Shown: positions 42,676 to 54,641 of the stretch, one piece after another
How positions within the stretch are numbered: the first letter of the stretch is position 1
How the letters are laid out: each line of letters begins with the position of its first letter
NCBI RefSeq assembly: GCF_036321535.1
Contig: NC_087437.1
Location: 12,774,001 to 12,838,000, forward strand
Length of the DNA stretch: 64,000 nucleotides
From: Camelus dromedarius
Taxonomy: Eukaryota
Reading direction: 5' to 3'
Made by a program: the position numbers and the translations under genes
The notes under the pieces: model-generated
Databases searched by the model: none
Told to the model about the DNA's origin: nothing
The model's input: the letters and a program-made list of their open reading frames with translations, nothing else

Positions 42676-43485
42676 AATTATACTTTTTAGTTTTAGTGAG
42701 TAGTTGCTGGTGCTGGAAATGTCAAACATAGTAGCCAGCTAGATGAGGAAACAGTTATGTTTAGGTGAATCCTTTCAGCACACTTCAAATTATACTCTGA
42801 GCTGCCTCTGAAGGAAGTATATGCAGCCCAGAGATCAAGAACTAAAAGAGAAGGTGTTAACATCCGTGGGATTTTTCAAGGGTTTTCCCAGAGAAATGTT
42901 TTATTTTTGGATTTGTTTTTTTGTTTAGCGTTATACTTCATTTATTTAGATTCTTATAGCCTGAATAAGAGGATTTTGAAAGGTTATTTGAAGCACTAAA
43001 GTAATGGTACAGACATTTTTTAGCTTACTGGGAAATTTTTTAGTTTATTGGCCAAGTTTTACATTTAAATATGAAAGAAAAAATTAAAATATAGTTATAA
43101 ATTTTCTTCTCCCCATTTTAACTCTACTTACATACCCCACTGATAAAAAATTCTTAATTTTCATGGATTTTTCCTCAAGGACAAAAGGGCATTTCAAATA
43201 CAATGAAAAGTTACAGATTATAAAATCCACAGGCTTGTATGTTTCTCACGTGTGATGAATCAGTCCCAGGTTCTGGGGGTGACTTTATTCCCATGCAGGT
43301 GGCATTCCTGCTCACATGTTGATCCAAGATGCTGTTCTATTACTAGAGCTGTTGTTAGAGCATAAAAAATTCTTTTCATCCAGTGTACTTGGCTATTGCT
43401 TTTACATAAGCCATGCAGATAATGAATTTCTTGTTAAAATTAAATGTGGTTCTGATACATCCAATTTCCTTTCCGATCTTGTTAG

Positions 43486-43888
43486 ATGTATGGCTGCTGC
43501 TGTAAAAGATGCAGGTGTACGACCCGAAGAGGTATCCTACATCAACGCACATGCTACTTCTACACCGTTGGGAGACGCTGCTGAAAACAAAGCCATCAAA
43601 CGTCTTTTCAAAGATCATGCACAGGCCCTCGCAGTTTCCTCTACCAAGGGAGCCACGGGACATCTGCTGGGGGCTGCGGGTGCTGCTGAAGCAGCTTTTA
43701 CCGCCCTGGCTTGTTACCATCGAAAATTGCCACCCACCTTAAATCTGGATTGTACAGAACCACAGTTTGATCTCAATTATGTGCCACTCAAGGCACAGGA
43801 ATGGAAAACTGAGAAAAGATGTATTGGACTCACCAATTCATTTGGCTTTGGTGGTACTAATGCGACACTTTGTATTGCTGGCATGTAG
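43486..43888 (+). CDS. OXSM: OXSM last coding exon (exon 3): KAS C-terminal domain
   Basis: ttag|[14 protein letters not shown]...[13 protein letters not shown]...[15 protein letters not shown]...[17 protein letters not shown]; joined CDS 1383 nt = 460 aa with Cys-His-His triad. Confidence 0.97.
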
Positions 43889-44011
43889 GTCAAATCATTT
43901 GTAATTAAATGTTGATTTTTTTTAATGTTATAAACTGCATTCAGTGGAGAAATAATATGTTTATATAAATCAATATCCTTATATATCCATACCCAGATAT
44001 CCTTTACCTTT

Positions 44012-44233
44012 GTCAAGGTTTCTCAACCTTGGCGCTGTTGATATGTTGAGCAGGAGAATTTTTTGTTGGGGAAAGGGGAGGGGAGCTGTGTTATATTAAC
44101 AGCATCCTAGTCTTTACCCACTAGATTCTAATAGCACCTCCTTCCCCAATTGTGACAACCAAAAATGTCTCTAGACACTGCCAGATGTTTCCAGGAGGTG
44201 GGGGGAAGGAGGAGCCCCACATGAGAAGCACTG
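44012..44233 (+). mobile_element. MER20-like hAT-Charlie element just downstream of the OXSM stop
   Basis: 'tttctcaaccttggcgctgttga...cccactagat...gtgacaaccaaaaatgtctctagacactgccagatgt...tgagaagcactg'. Confidence 0.85.
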
Positions 44234-44639
44234 ATCTGTGTTTTCCTGATGCTCTAGGTCAAACGACTCTTCACGACATTTCACCCACTCTTGTCCCTTT
44301 TGCAAACATTTGGCAAATAGCTGCTCTGTGCTAGGTATTCCAACTCCAGGCACACCATTCCCAGCCAGCGTATAGGGAAGGAGTACAAATACAACCGTGA
44401 GTTTCTTATCACTCGTCAGCACTCTTTGAATATAGCTGTCAGCCAGCAGGGATCTGTTTACCCCTTACCTGTTAGCTCTCTTATTCCTATTGTCTGTACT
44501 GGAATTAAGCAAAGTAACAGAATTTCCTTAAATTTCCAAGCTATCAGTGCTCTGAAAGAAGGAAGTGAAATTGGTTTGGCACTTTTTATTCTTTTTGTAT
44601 GAATGGTGACACCTAGTGAGCAGTGGAGATGAAGGTCTT

Positions 44640-45100
44640 TGGGAAGTGGAGCAGAGCTTGGGGACACAAGCCACATCACCTCGCCCACCTCTAGCTTTGT
44701 TGCTGCTGTGGTAGATGGTTTTGTGTGCCTCCACCATCTCACCACAAGTGCTGGTGGGGCCTCCACCTCTTCCACCTTGGGGGTTCTCCCTCTGGCTGGA
44801 ATTGTTGGGAGGGGGAGGGGGGCAATTTCCCTAAAGGCAGCACTTAACCAGCTAGGGTGGGAGGTGGATAAGCACCTCGGCCTCCTTTCAGAATGATACC
44901 TAAGGTTCTGTATAGTTCCTGGGGTTTCCAGTGAGATAAAGCTTCAGTGCCCCCAACATTAACCAGCTCAGTAACACCCTTTTTATTGGCTTTTTTTCCC
45001 TTCCCTGTTCCTGCTCTGATTTTTAATCCTGCTCAGGAATCACTTCCTAAACAAACCACTTTGTTCTCATTTCTGCTTTCTGGGGAACTCAGACTAAGAC
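44640..45100 (+). mobile_element. LTR16-like ERVL LTR
   Basis: 3' end 'cacttcctaaacaaaccactt...ctgctttctggggaactcagactaagac'. Confidence 0.6.
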
Positions 45101-45439
45101 GGGAAGTCTGTGTTGGAATGGCGGTTTATATATCAAAGGGATAAAGTTAATAACTGGGTAGATGGAATGTGTGTATTTCTGCCAAAGTGAACAGCATTCC
45201 CCACGTACTAATAGGCTGCCAACATTGTCTGCCCACTGACTTTGCTATATGCCTAAGACTCCAGCCATATTCATTCTGTTATAATCAGTTTTAAATCCCA
45301 CTGGCATACAGTTTGTTCCACTAAAATTTATTGGGTGCTAACTATGGACCTGGTTTTGTTCTGGCCACCAACGGTAAAGTGATACATCAAAGTTTTGTTA
45401 ATGCAGTAAGTGTCATGGGAAGCCATTTAAGATTTGGGG

Positions 45440-46015
45440 TGTTACAATGGTTTTGTAATGTATCAAGTTGGCTAGGCTGAACTGCATTTCCCGGAATTCT
45501 CTTCACTGTGCTTTTGGTTAGGGCCGACCACAAGAGATTCCTGTGGGATACTTGCACAGCGGTTGTGAAGCAGCAAGCGTTCTGTAGCTCATACATGTCC
45601 TGGCTCTGCTGGCTGACTTCCTTGAGGTGAGACAGTGGCTGGACCTCCAGCTGCTTCACCTGGCCCTGGATCCTTCTTCAGTTTCCCTGACTCCTGGGCC
45701 AGGTTTGTGTTGAGCTTCATGAATGGCCCAGCTTCTGCCCCGTGCCACCAAGATCAGAGGCAGCAAGAACTGATAGACTTCAGTTCATCCTTACGGTTGT
45801 GCTTTCTAGCTGGTTATTAGAAGTTTACATCCACTTTCCCTTCCCGACTGCCTGCGCGGTGGACTGCAGTTGCCAGTAGCAGACGGTAATAGATTGACTA
45901 ACAGCCTTAGAGAGACTATTTAGCCAGTTCTCATAACTGTAGGTCAAGTCCCTGTAACAAATGTCTAAATCTGTATCTGTCTTGGTGGTTCTCTCTCTGA
46001 ACCCTGACTGGTACA
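45440..46015 (+). mobile_element. ERVL solo LTR (MLT2/LTR52-like)
   Basis: Starts 'tggttttgtaatgtatcaagttggctaggctg', ends 'ggttctctctctgaaccctgactggtaca'. Confidence 0.65.
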
Positions 46016-46204
46016 CGTGAAGATGAATGGGAGTTGTCAGCAGAAGATCACATTTCTTTTTACAAATACCACTCTGGCTGTAGACTGGAGAACAAGTTGG
46101 GGTGAGGCCAGATTCCTATGGAGGGGATCCAATCAGAAGGGATAGCAAGGAGGATGTTTTGACCCAAGGTTATTCTAAAGTTGAAAATCATGTTTGTTTA
46201 GTCA

Positions 46205-46545
46205 GTTTTACTAAGGCATACTTTATATATAGTAAATTGCACACGTTTCTAGTGTACAGTTAAGTGAGTTTGATAAAGGTGTACACAGACTTGTGGAACT
46301 ACCTCTATCAAAATATAGAACGTTTCTATCACTGGAAAAATTTCCTCTTGCTCCTTTGCAGTCAATCCTCCCAGCTCCAGAGGAACCTTCTGTCACTACA
46401 GATAAAAGTTGCCTTTTCTAGAATTTTATGTAAATGGAGTCATACAGAATATACTCTTTGGTGCCTGGCTTCTTTCACTCAATTTTTTTGAGATTTATCC
46501 ATATTATTGAGTGTATCAGTAGTTCATTCCTCTTTTATTACTGAT
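46205..46545 (-). mobile_element. Old L1 3'UTR fragment
   Basis: 'ttttctagaattttatgtaaatggagtcatacag...tggcttctttcactca...cagtagttcattcctc'. Confidence 0.8.
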
Positions 46546-46775
46546 TAAAAATTTTTTTTAAATCAGTATGGATACCTTTGACTTTTAATCTTTTCCTAAT
46601 CCCTACTCAGCTTATTTTATATTTTACTTTATCTTACTGTTATTTTTTAAATGGATATGTATTGCCTTTTGAACAGAAGATAAGCATTTAAAATTTTTTT
46701 CTAGAACTGGGATAGCTTCTGAAGCAAAGAATCCTTTCTGTGAAAATCACAAATGTACAGGGATACAATTGTTCA

Positions 46776-46978
46776 GAGTTGATCCTTGAACAACATGGAT
46801 TTGAACTGAGCAGGTGCACTTATGCATGGATATTTTCAATAGTAATAATACAGAACCACAGATATGGAGGGTTGGCTATGAAGTTATACAGATTTTTGAC
46901 TGCACACTGGAGAATGGGTGTCAGCACCTCTCCTGCATTGTTCAAGGGTCAACTGTGTGTGTGTGTGTGTGTGTGTGT
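46776..46978 (+). mobile_element. Tigger2a-like MITE (46776-46955) followed by (TG)12 microsatellite
   Basis: Terminal repeats (g)agttgatccttgaacaa ... ttgttcaagggtcaactg, then tgtgtg... Confidence 0.8.
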
Positions 46979-48529
46979 ACGGTGTATAGAGAAAGGTAGA
47001 TGTGTGTATAACAAGTTATACAACGCCATTGAGAATACAGAACTGCTAGAAATTTGAGAATTATTTTCAGTGGTCTAGTGCCAAGAGCCATATATCCTCC
47101 CCTCCCTCTGGGTCTTTATGTTTAAAAAGTGGACAACTTAGGATAATAAAAGTCATAATAGTTAGCTCTTATTTTAATTCAGGTCTGCTCTGAGAAGCAG
47201 GCACCAAGGCAGGATTTTCTGTGAAGGAAATTTACTGGGGGAGATGCCTGTGAAGGCTGAAGAGGATGAGAAGGCAGGGAGCAGCTTCAGGCTGTGGTAA
47301 GAGTCTGGCATCTGTAAAGAGTGGGAGAATGGGAATGAAGGATTAGGTAGAAGGGTCTCAGATTGAAGTCTCACTCTAAGAAAGTTTTGGCCAGGCTGAC
47401 GTGCCCAATCTTGACCTAAAATCTCTTATCGAAGGGGCTGCAAAACTCTCAGGAGTGGACCTGCATTAGTGCCCCCACCCCTGGCTACAGTGCTGCCTGG
47501 ACCCTGCAGGAGAGAGGAGCCGCCCTTGTACCACAGACAGCTGCTTCACCAGGCAAGTTTAGGGGGCAGCTCTCCTGTGGTTCCTGTGGGCCCCTCTTTC
47601 TGAAGGAGCATTTAGAAGAGAAAGGGGGACAAGCAGTAGCCCCTGATGCTGCATTTGGTTTTAGGTTCGCACTGGTACCCATCCTCTCCCTAAGCCACTA
47701 TTCTTTCTAAGTTCCCCTGGCCCCCAGCTATTAGCTTGGCAGGCCTTGGGGCTTCCCCAGTCGTGTGGCTCAAGCCTTTCTTCCTGGGAGTGGGAGCCCT
47801 TGGCAGTCACACCACTCCCTTTCAGAGAGCACTTGCAGCTGTGTCCTAGGGCACCGGGACAAGAAGCCAGGGAATGCCAGGAGGCACCCAAGTAGACCGC
47901 CCAGATTCCACACACACTCTCCCTGTCCTGACTACAGAGCAGCGCGCCCACCTCTAGCTGGTTAGGGTCAAATACTACAACCAGTATGTTGACTTTCTGG
48001 TTTCCGGGCACAAAAAGTCCAAAGTGTCCTGGTGGTAACTACAGCTTGTTGTTCAACGAGACACTTGATGTGTCCCCTGGCAAGAGTGTGTGTGCCCTTT
48101 GGAGATCAGGACTTTGAACGCTGCAGAGTCCAGAGTTGCAAGGATGGAAAGCATGAAATTCCTCATTGTGACTGGATCAGCGAGAGTGATGGTAAGTGGG
48201 GCCACTCCTGTTCCCCACCCCTCTTTGTCTCTGGACCTCTGTGTTCTTTTTATTGGAGACTTAGCCCCATGTAGAAGTCTTTGATTTAAGCATACGCTGC
48301 ATCTTGAGGATGACACCGCATCCTCCGAGCTGGTGATTCAGGTGTGTCTTTGGAAGGCAGTTCAGCCTTCTAGGAGGCTGGTGCTTCTGCGTGGTGTGAT
48401 GTCATACAACCCATGCCGTATGCCCACAGCCTGTCTTTGCTGTGAAGGAGCTCCCCTGCTCAGTGGCGGAGCTCACCAAGAGGATGTGTGTCAGAGAAAT
48501 AACCAACTTTCCTTGCCAACTGCATTATA

Positions 48530-51270
48530 ATGAACTCGCATCAGATCTTTAACCATGCCCATTTTCAAGTCTTTTGTCATTTACAGACATTTGTCATGCT
48601 CTGATGCTTTTGCAAAAGTGTTCCTCCAAGAATGCTTCATCTTCAAGGAGATTCATGGAAAAATATAGGTTTCAGATAACTAAAATCATACCACTAAAAT
48701 GAATAAGAATTTACAGAACTCTAATGAAAAACACTGTTCAAGATGACTATAATTTTTATGATTTTTTAAATTGGAAATGTTGGTGGTTCTTTTACGTTTT
48801 ATTTTTCCACATTTAAGAAAACCTTTTTTCCCCCTCCTAAACTATCAGCAGTTTGCTAACATACACCATTGTGAACAAAGATGAAACATTTATCTTTTTC
48901 TCCGTACCTGATCCCTCCTGAATGCAGAAGTCTTAGAATGAGTATTCTCATTTTCAGGGCAATCTAGTTACTTGCATAGGTTCAATAAGACTCTGTTCTT
49001 CTTGTAACAGGAATAAACTTCAGCAGCCTGTGGACTAAATTCAGCTCACCGGTGCGTCCTGGCCATTAACCCTTTGCACTGACAGTTGGGCTGTTCTAAA
49101 GGAATTAATTCTATGGCTTGGACAGTGGGAAGCCAAGAGGTGGGTGGTCATGAATAAGCCTTTGTCGGGTCAGGATGTGTGGAGGGACGTGTGGATTCAC
49201 CCTCAAAAGCCTGAGTCAGTCTTCGCTGTTTCCACCTCCCAGCTCATGAGGTGCTGACCCCCACCCCCTGCAATAAGGATGCTGATGCCCTGGCTCTGGT
49301 ATGAGCCCTAGTAACTGACCCTTCAGTAGATACACGAGTAGGTGGAGTGGATAGGAAGAGTGGCCACTGTAGCACCTGGATGGGATTGTACTCTGCCAAC
49401 AATCCTGGATTGCCCTTGAGATACAGTGAGTCAGTTAATGCAGCAAGAACATGCCCTGTGTGTTCTAAACAGTGCCCAAGGCAGCTGCCAAAGAAGCCTT
49501 CTGGGGCTATCCACTGGAGTTCCCAACCAGTGAGAGGTTGGCAAATTTATTGTGTTGGCCCCCTCCCTCTGAGTGAGGGTTTTAAATATGCCCCGGTTCA
49601 CGTGGACACTGCAGCTGCCCTAACCCAAGCTTTCCCTGTCACCACACAAACCAAGCTGCCACTATTAGGTGATTAGAGAAACTGAGTGCCATATACTGAT
49701 AACCCTCATCAATAGTGGTCAAGGATCACATTTCAAAGGCTGTGGTGTGCAAGATTAGGCAGAAGAACATGACACTGAATGGAGGTTCCACCTCCTGTAT
49801 AACCTGCAAGCAGCAGATTAAATTACTAGCAGGTAAAACCACCTTGGCTGGGTGGGCTAAGACACTGTCCCAGACTTTATGCATTTAAATAACCAACCAG
49901 TAGGGACCATATGCCAGACTGGGGACCCCTGTCAAGACAATCAACGTGGAAGTTTTGGGAGACAGCCATGCCCTGACTCTCACCTTGGATAAACCTGCTG
50001 TGCTGCTGAGAACCCCCAGCCCCATCACGCTTGGGACAAGTGTCCTCGACTGGAATTTGCAATGGGATGTCCCACCAGGACAGGAGAGTTGCTTCCTCCC
50101 CCTGCGTGAGGGGGAACTATGCAGTCTCCACGGGATCCTGTTGTCTGCTGCCAGCTGGGCCTGTGGAAACACACTCTTCCTGGATTGGAACGTGCACCAT
50201 TGAGAGAGGGGAGAAGGTGGGCGTCCTGTTCTGGCATATCCCACCCCTAGTCTATCTCCCCATGCCTGACAGTGCTGTCTTCCTGGTCATGCATGGTATG
50301 CACAACCAGGTCAAGTTCCTAAAGCTGCCAACCTCCATCTCCTTGAGGCCAGTGGGGGGCACATTCTGTTTTCCCGTGGTACAGTCATTTGGCCACCATC
50401 TTTGTTCCCTCCATTGGCCTGGAGGTTATTACAGCACAAATAGAAGCCCTCAGTAAATTCACCCAGCAAGACTTACATGATAGCTGGCAAAGCCGGCCCT
50501 TACTGAATACTGAAATGTCCTTGGTGAGAAAAGCTGCCCTCTAAAATAAAATGGCCTTGGCCATTGTTACTGCCTCCCAAGGAGACATCTGTACATTGAC
50601 CAGAGTGTCATATAATCACACCTAATGAGTCTGTTAATGTGTCTTCTTTATTAAATCACATGGGGACACAGGTGAACACTGTGTTCATCTCCCCCAGAGC
50701 AGGAGATTTAGTAAATCAATGGTTTGGATCATGGGACTCTTAGAGTCGTTTCTTGTTTGGGGCATCATTGTTTTGATCTGTGTTTTCTCTGGCTTGTGCC
50801 TGTACTGCTGCTGTGGCATCTGCCTCCCATGCCGCCAGACAGCTGCCAGATGAGCCACCTCCATGCTAGTGAAACCCCTTGCTGACCTCCCATTGTGGAA
50901 GAGGGGGTGCGTGTGAGGTTGTAAGAGCCGGTCACAAGGGCTGGAGTGTTGGGGAGGTCGTCAAGAGGACGGGGCCACTGGTTGACCCTCAAGCTGGCCC
51001 TGGGCGATCAGAGGCTCTTCACCCCCTCCCCTGTCCTTGAAATGTACCTCCTCCCACCATTCCCACAGTGGGAGTTGTTTTCAAGGATGCAGCCTTGAGA
51101 GAGCAGTGGGGTGTTGAGACCATCTAGGCTGGATACGTGACAAACTGGTTAAAGTCTCTTACAAACATTAAGATTAGGCAGGCAGGTGGGGAGATCTGCT
51201 CATTTTGTGGTACACAAGACAGGCTTCCTATATGTAAGCTCCCCCGCTTATTAAAACTGCCACCTGCCAG
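48530..51270 (+). mobile_element. Nested truncated provirus: AT-rich MER4-group-like internal piece, class III-type RNase H/integrase, gamma-type env TM remnant, PPT and partial 3' LTR (50947-51270)
   Basis: LCTDSWAVLK..LWLGQW (49072+); CPVC...WQIYCVGPLPLSEGFKY..VDT; QGSHF..VQD*AEEH..EWRFHLLYNLQAA; ISD-like LLNTEMSLVRKAAL*NKMALAIVTASQGDIC (50500+); TM GIIVLICVFSGLCLYCCCGICL (50761+); AAGGGCTGGAG|TG; ATTAAA at 51250. Confidence 0.8.
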
Positions 51271-52014
51271 CCAGTTTCAGATCGCCCCCGGGAAGCTCCT
51301 GAATTTCTGAGCCAACACTGAGGCTAAGTTGTAAGGGAATCCATGCCGGTAGACCAGGTAGTCCATAAGCCTGCAGCTAGTGGTGCTGGCTGAGGCTGTC
51401 TGTCAGGAGAGGCAAACCCATACCTTGAAATTGGTGTCTATACCTCTGAGAATGAATCACAGGTACTTCTTTTTGAGCTTGGTTGGATATTCAGAGGCAG
51501 CAGTCGCTAGACTGTGCTAAGTAAGTGGAGGCAGCAGTAGCTAGATCCATTGGGAAGTGGGAGTCCATATTGTTGGGCCCATATGTACCTTCCATCTCTG
51601 CCATTGTGACTACTTCCTTCATGTGCCTTTTGTGTAAGTTCTGGGTGGCCAGTGGCAAAAGCTGATAGTGTCCACTGACAGAGTTATTTTGCCTTCTTGG
51701 TTGTTCAGTCCCTCCACCACGTGGATGCTTTCTGGCGGGTATAAAGGAGTGACACAAATGTCTTTACTCTTTGTGGACTGTCCACACGTTCATCTGCGTT
51801 CCGCTGCTCCAGACAGTCTTATCTCTGATCTCCCAGTTTTGTTCTTTCCAGACCCCGAGCTGAAGTCCAGACCTTTGGCCACTGTCCAGGAATGTTTGTA
51901 TATTCTTACTTCTTGGGCTACTTTGCCTATACAAAGTGGTTGACCAGATGCACTGTTTGCAGCTCTGCTCATTGCAAGGATTTTCCCTCACCAGGATCTT
52001 TCAAGTTTGCTCCT

Positions 52015-52333
52015 TGTTGAAAGATAAACTGATCTTACAAATTTATTTGAACATCTTTTATTCGAACTGGTCAATGCCAAACCCCAAGTGGTTATGCGGC
52101 TCCACTGACGGGAGCTCAGGGACAGACTTCTAGAGAAAAGGAAGGCAAGCCAAGTGAGGCCGTGACTGACTGGCTCCAGCTGAAAGCCTTGGGGGGCTGC
52201 TTGTCATTGGTCTTCCTTGGTTTTGGTTCAACAACCTTGAGCATTTCAGGCTTTGATTTTGGTTTGCTGACCTAGGCCGCCAGGACGTCGGGGTCACCTC
52301 ACTCTAACAGCCTCCCGTTCAGTTAATTTAACT
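52015..52333 (-). mobile_element. Solo LTR inserted in the ERVL RNase H region
   Basis: Begins 'tgttgaaagataaactga', has 'tttatt' poly(A) signal on the minus strand; ERVL coding similarity resumes on both sides. Confidence 0.6.
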
Positions 52334-52630
52334 CCCCGAATGCGGCTTTGATGCAGCTGCCCTCTATTTTCAATTTGAACTACTGCAAGAAATATGTAGG
52401 AGACAGAACCAGAGGATCTGGCACATGACCCCCTCCCTCTTCCTCCACAGGTTCTTTGCTTCTCCCTTAGTCTTCCGTATTTCCTATCCCCACCTAGAAT
52501 ATAAATTCCACTAGAGCAGGGATTTTTGCTGTGTATGTCCGGTGCCTAGAACAGTACCTGGCACAAAGTATGTTGCCAATAAACTTTCGTTGGATGAACA
52601 CATGAGTGAATCTCAGAAAACTGCTCCACC

Positions 52631-53184
52631 TATTGCAGGATAATGGGGCATGAGAGGATGGCCGTATCCCAGGCCTCCAGCCAGTCCCCGGGACATGCCC
52701 TGCCAAATGAGGGTCCTTAACTTCATGCAGGGAAGAATTCCAGAGCGGGCCATAGTAAGGTGAAAACAAGTTTATTTAGAGAGATACGTACTCCACAGAC
52801 AGAGTGCAGGCCATCTCAGAAGGCAAGAGGGGCCCTCGGGGTGTGGGGGTGCTTAGTTTTTAATGGGCTGGGCAATTTCATATGCTAATGAGTGAGAGCA
52901 TTAGTCCACTGTTGGGGGGAGGGGCCGGGATTTCCAGGAATTGGGCCACTGCCCACTTTTTGGGCTTTTGGGTCAGCCTGGGGACTCTCAAGGCGCCTGT
53001 GGGTGTGCCACTTAGCAGCTAAGGTATTACAGTGAGCATGCAGTGAGGCCCAGGGTCCACTGGACGTTGACTCCTTCATCATCTTGGGCCTAGTTGGTAC
53101 TAACCAGTTTCTGTTGTATCTTGTTTTTCTCAATGGCTGTGTCATTCTTTCAGTGGTTGTGTCCTGCCCCTCCCTCCTGTCTCG
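52631..53184 (-). mobile_element. MER41-like ERV1 solo LTR
   Basis: MER41-like layout ('aagtttattta', 'catatgctaatgag', 'gatttccaggaatt', 'catcttgg', 'cctcctgtctc'); near-TSD CACC/CACG. Confidence 0.75.
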
Positions 53185-53769
53185 CACGGACCACCCGTCC
53201 CCCCTTTCCCACATCTCCTCCTTCTGAAGCTCCGCCTGGTTGTGGCTCTGAACCGCCCCCTGCCGAGCGCCGCTCTTCACCCCCGCTGCTGCTTTCAGCT
53301 CTCCCTGAGTCACTGCCAGAGCCAACTTTTTGGTCTTCCTGCCTCCGCTTTGCACTGCTTTCCAAACACCATTCATTTTAGTCCTAGCTGCCAAATTGGT
53401 CTTTTTTTTTTTTTTAATGTAAATTAAGTCATGTCATTTCTCTGCGGAATGAACAGCTTCCAGTGGCTTTCCTTTTGACATTGGGTGACATGCAAACGCC
53501 TTCCCAAGGCCTGTGATCTGGCCCCGCCCCAACCCTACCTCCTACTGCTTGCATTCCAGCCACACTGATGTTCTTTTTCTTCCTCAAGTACATGGTTCTA
53601 CCTCTGTTCTTGCTCTTCTCTTGTCCTTTTTCATTTATGTGCAAATTGGCTTCCTCCTGTTACTCAGGTTTCAGCTCTGGTGTCTCTTTTTGGAGAAGCC
53701 TTCCCTGGTCACCCAATCTAAAGTAGCCCCCCTTTTCCTGCTAATCTCTCTTTATCCCAGAACCCTGTT

Positions 53770-53920
53770 TTGTTTATTTTTTTAAAAAAATTAATTTATT
53801 TATTATTTTATTTTTTGAGGGGAGAGGAAATTAGGTTTTAATTAGTTAATTTTTTAATGGAGGTACTGGGGACCTTGTGCATTCTAGGCATGCGCTCAAC
53901 CACTGAGCTATGCCCTCCCC
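53770..53920 (-). mobile_element. Camelid tRNA-derived SINE (Vic-1-like, long tail) with B-box deletion
   Basis: Minus strand GGGGAGGGCATAGCTCAGTGGTTGAGCGC...GGTCCCCAGTACCTCC...AAACCTAATTTCCTCTCCCC + A-rich tail. Confidence 0.85.
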
Positions 53921-54421
53921 ACTGATTCTTCACATTGCTTATCGCTATCAGAAATGATCTCCTTTTAAACATATTTTTTTCTAGGCTTTTTAAATTCCTG
54001 TTAGAATGTGAACTTTGTGAGAAGAGAAATCTTGCTGATCTTGGGAACAAAAATCATATCCCCAGAATCCAGCATTGTGTTGCATGCATGCATGTGCACA
54101 CACACACCAACACAAACAGAGAAATGTCCGTCCTAACAGTAACTGAAAATGCCTCTGTTTCAGGAAGACAGGGAAAGACCAGGTCATTCATGGTCTTGGA
54201 AAACCGAGAGAGTTGTTATTAACGTCAAGAGTCTAAGTACAAGGGGCAGACCTCATAGTGTAATGCTTTTTTTCTGTCTGGTTCCTAGAGACTCAGCTTT
54301 GATCTTTGGGACCAAAGAGGAATGGTCATGGTTATCTTGGTTTCTTTAGAACTTCTTAAAAGCAATGCATCTTGAATTATGAAAGTCTAATTATGTTGTC
54401 TTGAACAAAAATACCTTTAGC

Positions 54422-54641
54422 TCAGGGTTCAGCCAGTTTTTTTCTATAAAGGGCTGGATAGTTAATATTTTTGGCTTTATGAGCCATATGGTTTCAGTTG
54501 CTACTTCTCAATTCTGCCCTTGTAGTGCAAAGGCAGCTGTAATCAAACTGAAACAAGTGGGCGTGGCAGGACTTGGCCCGGAGAGGGCGCTGGTGGTGGG
54601 AAGGCAGACTGGCCGATGGGCGGTGGTGTCACAACCACTGC
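54422..54641 (+). mobile_element. MER58A-like hAT-Charlie MITE
   Basis: 'cagggttcagccagttttttctataaagggctggatagttaatatttttggcttt...ctcaattctgcccttgtagtgcaaaggcagc'. Confidence 0.75.

Larger units (their letters stand above)
47170..52490 (-). mobile_element. Ancient ERVL (HERV16/ERV3-16A3-like) provirus remnant: LTR16-like 3' LTR (about 47170-47560) and pol fragments, interrupted by younger insertions
   Basis: Minus-strand pieces resemble ERVL RNase H ('KDPGEGKSLQ*AELQTVHLV', 'WKEQNWEIRDKTVW'), IN N-terminus ('KAHEGSSHNGRDG..WAQQYGLP') and IN C-terminus/dUTPase-like region ('GVAPLTITLADP', 'VFDPNQLEVGALL'). Confidence 0.75.

Noticed and set aside
43316..43485. N-terminal extension of the 190-aa ORF 43316..43888
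   Set aside because: Intronic open frame upstream of the ttag|A acceptor at 43486; only 43486-43888 is OXSM coding
49347..50456. Integrase- and env-region ORFs as functional or domesticated genes
   Set aside because: Fragmented by stops and frameshifts (WQID and ISD LQN motifs mutated); no intact env, so not a syncytin-like candidate at this locus
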